A DNA stretch of 64,000 nt from positions 256,001-320,000 of the forward strand of contig CAWJKZ010000014.1 of the NCBI GenBank assembly GCA_963843575.1, given 5' to 3'. A program made the position numbers and the translations under genes. This DNA is from an uncultured Acidobacteriota bacterium. Lineage in GTDB: Bacteria > Acidobacteriota > UBA6911. The notes under the pieces are model-generated. The model was given only the letters and a program-made list of their open reading frames with translations. It was not told the DNA's origin and searched no databases. This document shows, one piece after another, positions 58,392-64,000 of the stretch (positions are counted from its first letter, which is position 1; each line of letters begins with the position of its first letter).

Positions 58392-59363
58392 GTGAGTAGT
58401 TACCCTTCCGCTGACTCGAGCCTCCCCCCTTGGCAGACGTACTCCGGGCACTTCGGGATCCCCACTTATCCTGCGCCGGGCTGGCGCGATTGGGTTGTGC
58501 CTGGCCTGCTGTTTTTGGCGACGCTCCTGAGCACGACGTTCGCAGGTCTGTTCTACGTGCTCGGCGACGGCGGTTTCGTCCGGATGGTCATGCTCTCGCT
58601 GGCCCATCCGTCGCTCTTGCTGCAGGGCCTGCCGTTTTCCCTCACGTTTCTTGGAATTCTTCTGGCACATGAACTTGGGCATTTCTTCGCCTGCCGCTAT
58701 TACGGGATCCGCTGCACACCCCCGTACTTTCTTCCGCTGCCGGTCTCGATTGCGGGCACCCTGGGCGCATTCATCCGCATCAAATCGCCCTTCCAGCATA
58801 AGCGGGCGCTGTTCGACGTCGGGATTGCGGGACCGCTCGCCGGCTTCGCGGTCGTGCTCCCGGCGCTGGTCATCGGTATCGCCCAATCACAACTGATTCC
58901 GCGCGGTGGACTTGGCGGGGGGCTGAGTTTCGGCGAGCCGTTGATTTTCCGCTGGGTCGGCCACATCGTGCTCGGCTATTCGCCGGGGACGCAGGACATG
59001 GTGGCGCACCCGGCGGCGATGGCCGCCTGGTTCGGGCTCCTGGCGACATGTCTGAACCTGTTTCCGATATGGCAGTTGGACGGGGGGCACATCGCCTACG
59101 CCGTGCTTGGCGCGTCGGCACAAAAAAAACTCTCCGTTCTCTGCGCGATTGCCCTGGTGCTGGTGAGCTTTGCGGGTTGGCCCGTCCCCTCGTACCTGTT
59201 GTTCGGCGTCCTGCTGCTGGTTCTCGGGATCCGCTACCGGTTCTACCACCCCCCGACGGTTTTTGACGATGAAGACGTGGGTTTGGGGCGAAGGGTTTTG
59301 AGCGTCTTCGCGCTCGTCATTCTCCTAGTGTGCTTTACCCCGGTCCCGGTGACCATCACGTGA
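58392..59363 (+). CDS. Site-2 protease (M50 family)
   Basis: HELGH, AGPLAG and NLFPIWQLDGGH motifs. Confidence 0.93.
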   Translation: MSSYPSADSSLPPWQTYSGHFGIPTYPAPGWRDWVVPGLLFLATLLSTTFAGLFYVLGDGGFVRMVMLSLAHPSLLLQGLPFSLTFLGILLAHELGHFFACRYYGIRCTPPYFLPLPVSIAGTLGAFIRIKSPFQHKRALFDVGIAGPLAGFAVVLPALVIGIAQSQLIPRGGLGGGLSFGEPLIFRWVGHIVLGYSPGTQDMVAHPAAMAAWFGLLATCLNLFPIWQLDGGHIAYAVLGASAQKKLSVLCAIALVLVSFAGWPVPSYLLFGVLLLVLGIRYRFYHPPTVFDDEDVGLGRRVLSVFALVILLVCFTPVPVTIT

Positions 59364-59393
59364 CTGGTCGGCTTTGGCCGGCGCAGGTTCCGT

Positions 59394-59422
59394 TTGACAG
59401 GCGCGCACGCTTCAGTGATAAT
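59394..59422 (+). promoter_or_regulatory. sigma70 promoter of tRNA-Ala
   Basis: TTGACA-17nt-GATAAT. Confidence 0.65.
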
Positions 59423-59441
59423 CCTTTCCCCTGAGAAACGT

Positions 59442-59517
<76 letters not shown>

Positions 59518-59928
59518 TCCCTCTTGCTGTCAATCCCCTTGCGGTAACCGCAGATTCCCTCGAACGGAAGCGACAATGTCCGTCTTATATCTTGGATTTC
59601 CAGCTGAAATCAGCCGTTTGACAGCCCCGCCGCCACGCTACAGCCCGGAGGCCACAGTGCGCCAGCGCACACTTCCCCGAATGCGATTTCGGGACAGTGC
59701 GACACCCAGCTTCAGTTCTAGTCGCCAATACGGCCGTCATCTTCTTGCAGTGGAAACCGAATGAGAACTTTAAAAAAAACAGCCTCACTGATAGCGTCGA
59801 CTGAGACGTGGCCGGGGACCGCAGAAGAAGATAGATTATTGCATGTCAGGACGCTCAAGGGTGACGATATCAACCATCAGCAATGGGATGAGGACGCAGC
59901 GGCATATAAGGCTGATTTAGGCGGACGG

Positions 59929-59959
59929 TTCGCCCGCAATCTTTCGCGCTGCGGGCGAA
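59929..59959. terminator. Hairpin downstream of the TonB-domain gene
   Basis: 10-bp stem TTCGCCCGCA...TGCGGGCGAA. Confidence 0.4.
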
Positions 59960-60009
59960 GGTACGGATTCTGATCTCGATTCTGGACAGCGCGGGGAGGC
60001 GACGCAGGG

Positions 60010-60597
60010 TCAGCGGGCCCTGGGCGGGGACAGGACCGGAGTTCTGAAAACGAAGATGACGTAGGCCTCGGAAGCCGTCGGGCGGCCGCTTAGATCCCGG
60101 GCCGGCTCGAATGACCAGGCCTTGACGGCATCGACGCCCGAATCGGTGAGTTCCCCCAGCCCTTTGAGAGTTTCCACCGTCTCCACCGAACCTGAGGAGC
60201 CAAGCCCCACCCGCAGCACCACGCTCCCCTCTCCGACGGCGTTGGGCGGATAGGCAGGTTCAGTGACGGTCCGGGGGAACGGCATCGCGCCGACCGAGGT
60301 CACGGGCCGGGGGATCTTCTGGCTCGGGCTCCCGACGGCAAACAGCCCCGGCTGCCTGAATTTGACCACCACCAGCCGGCTCTCTCCTTCTTCGGGCAGC
60401 CTCCAACCGGACAGCGCGCCGGAGACCGCGGAGAGAAACGGCTCTTCCCCGCTCAGGACCCGGACCCGCGTCCCGGATCCGGATCCGGAGAGCGAAGCCA
60501 CCACGGTACCGCCCGTCGCCGCATCGGGTGGATAGGGTACGTCCACGGGGCCTGACTGAAACAGGGTCAGAAGGAGCGCAAAGTTTATGAGCGCCAT
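60010..60597 (-). CDS. Exported protein with tandem TonB C-terminal-like domains
   Basis: Signal peptide; two P.YP..A...G.V....W.(F/L) units; AVKAWSFEPA. Confidence 0.7.
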   Translation of the reverse strand: MALINFALLLTLFQSGPVDVPYPPDAATGGTVVASLSGSGSGTRVRVLSGEEPFLSAVSGALSGWRLPEEGESRLVVVKFRQPGLFAVGSPSQKIPRPVTSVGAMPFPRTVTEPAYPPNAVGEGSVVLRVGLGSSGSVETVETLKGLGELTDSGVDAVKAWSFEPARDLSGRPTASEAYVIFVFRTPVLSPPRAR

Positions 60598-60677
60598 AAA
60601 CTAAGCGTAGGCGCGCGCCGCGGGCAATGCAACATTTTTGAGAAAGGGGCTGCTGGAACCAGGCCGCGGTGGGCTCC

Positions 60678-62138
60678 TCAGGTACGCGTGGACCCGCCGG
60701 TCAGGACGATGGTGTCCTGGTCCTGTGCGCAGGCGATCTCGAGAGTGTGCACGGCGTGGGCGAGCGCCGCCCGAACCTTTTCGTCGCGTTCCCTGGAGAA
60801 CCGATTCCTGAGGAGGTCCAGGACATCGATCGACGGGATGGCGGAGAGCGCCTTCGTCGCGGTCTGACGCACCACCGCCAGCGGGTGTGACAGGTAGGGG
60901 CGCAAGTGCGGCACGGCTCGGCCCTTTCCGGTCGAGGCCAGGGCGCTCAGGGCCATGGCGGCGGCATCAGGGTTGTGTGCGATGAAGTCCAGGATGGGTC
61001 CGAACGCTTCCGGGGCTCCGATTCTGCCGAGCGCCTCGACGGCGCACTCGCGGTGGTAGGGGCTCTGCAACTCACCGACGATCATGCTGACCGCAGAGAC
61101 GATCTTCAACTCGCCGAATACGCGGATCAGGCCCCAACGCACCCTGTCCTCCTCTCCTGTATAGAGCTTGAGGACAGCGTTCGCCTCGGCGGGCTGCATC
61201 TCGTTGACCATCTCTCGGACGACGGCTAGCCGCTCGCGTGTCGTGCCGGTCCGCAACAGTTCGAGCCAGCCCTCAATCCGGTCCGAGGAGGGGGTCCAAT
61301 CCTCCTCCCGGTTCGGGCATTGAGTCCTCGCATCAGCTCGTTCGCCTGCGTCGGTGTGGAGCCTGCGGGCCTCGGAGAGGAGCGATCCCGCATCGGCAAA
61401 TCGGGCGTGCGGCTCGAGCGCCAGGCACTTTTCGAGAAGGTTCCGCAGCCGTCCCGGCAGGCCTGCCCGGGTTTCGCCAGGCCACGGGAAATTGCCCAGC
61501 GGCGGGAAACCCATGAACATTTCGTAGAGGAGCGCGCCCAGCGAATAGACGTCCGCCCTCCGGTCTACGCGCTTCGTGCTGCAGCGCTGTTCGGGCGCCA
61601 GGTAGGCGATGGTGCCCATGACCTCGTTTGATTTCGTCAGCGCCGTCCCCTCCTCCGCGAGCGATTTCGCTATGCCGAAGTCAGCCACCGAAGGCTGCCC
61701 GGAGGCATCGAGGAGAATATTAGCCGGCTTCAAATCGCGGTGCACCACGCCGCGCTGGTGCGCATAAGTCATCCCGTCGCAGATGCCGGTGAACAGCGCC
61801 AGCGCCTCCGCAGGCGGGATTCGGCCACGGGCTATCTTCTTCGCAAGGTTTCCGCCTGGCATGTACTCCATGAAATAGTAATAGCAGTCTTCCAGGGCCC
61901 CGCTGTCGAGGATCTTTACTATCCGCGGATGGGAGAGCGCCGCGATGATCTCGACTTCCCGCAGGAACCGCGCATAAGCGGCGGGCGCCGCGGTGGCACG
62001 CCGTGCGAGGATCTTGACGGCACGCCTCTCGCGCGTCTTCGGGTCCAGCGCAAGATACACGTCGGCCATCCCGCCCGAACCGAGGTGTTGCGTGAGATAG
62101 TATCGGCCGATCTTGCGCCGAAGCATCGCCCGGCTCAC
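60678..62138 (-). CDS. Hanks-type Ser/Thr protein kinase with C-terminal HEAT repeats
   Basis: GSGGMADV, AVK, HRDLKPAN, ADFG and APE motifs; HEAT units (AVEALGRIG, VRQTATKAL, VRAALA); no TM helix. Confidence 0.92.
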   Translation of the reverse strand: MSRAMLRRKIGRYYLTQHLGSGGMADVYLALDPKTRERRAVKILARRATAAPAAYARFLREVEIIAALSHPRIVKILDSGALEDCYYYFMEYMPGGNLAKKIARGRIPPAEALALFTGICDGMTYAHQRGVVHRDLKPANILLDASGQPSVADFGIAKSLAEEGTALTKSNEVMGTIAYLAPEQRCSTKRVDRRADVYSLGALLYEMFMGFPPLGNFPWPGETRAGLPGRLRNLLEKCLALEPHARFADAGSLLSEARRLHTDAGERADARTQCPNREEDWTPSSDRIEGWLELLRTGTTRERLAVVREMVNEMQPAEANAVLKLYTGEEDRVRWGLIRVFGELKIVSAVSMIVGELQSPYHRECAVEALGRIGAPEAFGPILDFIAHNPDAAAMALSALASTGKGRAVPHLRPYLSHPLAVVRQTATKALSAIPSIDVLDLLRNRFSRERDEKVRAALAHAVHTLEIACAQDQDTIVLTGGSTRT

Positions 62139-63121
62139 TGAGACGCCCTGCGATCCATCGATTCCCTCCAGAGTTCAACCCGATTCTTGCCCATGCCTTT
62201 GGCCCGATAGAGCGCCGCATCGGCGCCGTCGAGCAACAATTTCGGATCGCCGCCGCGCGCCGGATAGCAGGCCACGCCGAAGCTCGCCGTCACCGGGGAA
62301 ACCAGGTGCAGAGCCGGGCTGACCGACCGCTCCACCGCCTGCCGGATACGTTCGGCCAGGGCCGTCGCGCCGCGCGGGCCCGTTTCCGGCAACACCACGA
62401 TGAACTCCTCGCCCCCGAACCTCCCGGCGCGGTCCTGGCGGCGCAGGTTGCGCCGCAGCACCTCGGAAACCAGACGAAGCACCCGGTCTCCCATCAGGTG
62501 CCCGAGCGTGTCGTTCAAACCCTTGAAATTGTCGAGGTCGACGAGGAGCACCGACACGCGGCGGTGGTAGCGCTGCGCTTTGTCCAACTCTTCTCCCAGC
62601 AGGCGCGTGATGGTCATCTTGTTGAGCAGGCCCGTAAGCCCGTCCGTGGTGGCCATCCGGTAGACTTCGTCGTAGAAATTCCTGTCCGCGATGTCCCGGT
62701 GCTCGTACTTGAGGATCGTCTGGCCCAGGGTGATCTTGTCACCCGGCCGCAGCACGGCGCGTTGCACCCGCCGGTAGTTGACCAACGTGCCATTCGTGCT
62801 CCCGAGATCCTGGAGCACGATACGCACCGATTCCCCCCGGGCTGCCCTGACCAGTTTCCTACGGGTCAACAGGAAGTGCTTGCGCGAGACGGAGGGATCC
62901 GTCAGGACGATGTCGCACTCTTCCCCCCTGCCGAAAGAGACCTGTGGGCGCAGCAGGGGCAGTTCCTTCCCGAGCACGTTTCCGGAGAGAAACGTCAGGG
63001 TGGGGATTACGCCCGAGTGTTCGCGTGCGGCTCCGGCGCACGGCAGCGTTGACTCCCCGATCAGAACCGTTATGGGGTCGTCCTGTTCGACGGCACTCGT
63101 CGCGTATCTTCGTTTGCTCAT
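62135..63121 (-). CDS. FHA-domain diguanylate cyclase (FHA-GGDEF)
   Basis: FHA motifs GR, SVSRKH and GSTNGT; DGLTGL.N, DLDNFK..ND..GH, RxxD I-site and GGEEF. Confidence 0.93.
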   Translation of the reverse strand: MSKRRYATSAVEQDDPITVLIGESTLPCAGAAREHSGVIPTLTFLSGNVLGKELPLLRPQVSFGRGEECDIVLTDPSVSRKHFLLTRRKLVRAARGESVRIVLQDLGSTNGTLVNYRRVQRAVLRPGDKITLGQTILKYEHRDIADRNFYDEVYRMATTDGLTGLLNKMTITRLLGEELDKAQRYHRRVSVLLVDLDNFKGLNDTLGHLMGDRVLRLVSEVLRRNLRRQDRAGRFGGEEFIVVLPETGPRGATALAERIRQAVERSVSPALHLVSPVTASFGVACYPARGGDPKLLLDGADAALYRAKGMGKNRVELWRESMDRRASQ

Positions 63122-63134
63122 GGCACAGCTCCTT

Positions 63135-63902
63135 TTACGCCAGTACAGCCGTCTGGAAACGCGTCCGGTGCGCCACCAGGTGCGTCGCGCCGTTTGCGTC
63201 CCGGACGGCGGCCACGTCGTGCAAGTGCCAGACCCCGCCGCACCGACCTGCCGCCATCGTGAAGAGGAGCAGTCTCTCCGAAGCGACGAACCGCAGTCTC
63301 GCCACACCCTCGACGGGAACCCGCCGAAATACGGCCAGCAGTTCGCCCGAGTCCACAGGTACGCCCTTCAACACCTCGGCCTCGCGCAGATATCCTTCGC
63401 AATCCCTGAGCGTCAGCGCCTCGCGCGGAGCCGCCACCCGCATCTGCGGCATACGGACGATGCGCTCCGTGGCGTTGTGGACCGCGGGCGCCCGCGGAAA
63501 CGCCCATTCCGTCGACTGGTCCGGGCATCGGGCAATTTCCAGGAGGGTTGCACTTCGTACACTGGATCCACGGCGGCGGAGATCGACGCCGTCAACGCAC
63601 TCGCGCACGGTTGGCGTCGGCAGCGGCAGCGCTCCTTCGTGGCATGCCCCGGGCTGGAGCATCGCGATGGACGATACGGGGGTCGCCGCCGCCAGCTGCC
63701 GGGCGCGCCGCCCCGACTTCGAGTCCATCATGGCCTGCCGTAAGAAACCAAGACCGTCCAGAACACCCGCCACGTCGACAGGGCAGAACTGGCTGACCTT
63801 CACGCCAATCCTGACGTCCAACTCCAGCACGCGGAACGAAGCCGCCCGGCAGGCCAGCCACCGGCACCAGGAGCGGGTGGGCCCGGTCGCGTGCGAGTTC
63901 AA
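63135..63902 (-). CDS. Hypothetical protein
   Basis: Fills the gap between two minus-strand genes; TTG start overlaps the upstream TGA and has GGAGG upstream; no recognised motif. Confidence 0.55.
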   Translation of the reverse strand: MNSHATGPTRSWCRWLACRAASFRVLELDVRIGVKVSQFCPVDVAGVLDGLGFLRQAMMDSKSGRRARQLAAATPVSSIAMLQPGACHEGALPLPTPTVRECVDGVDLRRRGSSVRSATLLEIARCPDQSTEWAFPRAPAVHNATERIVRMPQMRVAAPREALTLRDCEGYLREAEVLKGVPVDSGELLAVFRRVPVEGVARLRFVASERLLLFTMAAGRCGGVWHLHDVAAVRDANGATHLVAHRTRFQTAVLA

Positions 63903-64000
63903 GACTTTCTCTCCTCCGTGCACAGCGTCTTGAGGGCTGCCGACATTCTGTCCAGGGGCTCGACGACATCCATCGTGCGTCCGACCTCTTGGAGCGTCGT
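63899..64000 (-). CDS. C-terminal end of an unknown gene entering from the right edge
   Basis: Open frame ...TLQEVGRTMDVVEPLDRMSAALKTLCTEERKS* ends in a TTGA overlap with the next gene. Confidence 0.45.
   Translation of the reverse strand, partial: TTLQEVGRTMDVVEPLDRMSAALKTLCTEERKS

Overview
GC-rich bacterial chromosomal segment made almost entirely of core housekeeping genes. The gene set (fused LptF-LptG, Pal with an extra beta-rich domain, DnaC-like loader, Tol-Pal operon) suggests Acidobacteriota; this is inferred, not confirmed. Contents: guaA, BatA/B/D-like genes, uppP, rarA, mutS, tsaB-rimI, DnaC-like/moxR/DUF58, ssb-cpoB-pal-tolB-tolA-tolR-tolQ, recN-miaB, thrA, lptFG, ahcY-metK-xerD-murJ, lpxD, ppdK-glyQS, recO-pssA-psd-ddl-phoH, rpsT, holA-lptE-dcd, HU, tRNA-Ala(CGC), then an accessory-looking signalling cluster at the right end. 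About 11 genes, several essential, carry single-base frameshifts, most likely long-read indel errors. Signals not visible in the ORF track: a 28-bp dif site (35843-35870) about 5 kb from xerD; two inverted copies of a REP/REPIN-like element; an overlapping bidirectional promoter for mutS/tsaB; and possible ATT and ATA start codons. The best candidate for an undescribed system is the coupled hypothetical / FHA-GGDEF cyclase / Ser-Thr kinase-HEAT operon, whose proteins carry matching candidate pThr docking tails. No database searches were run.
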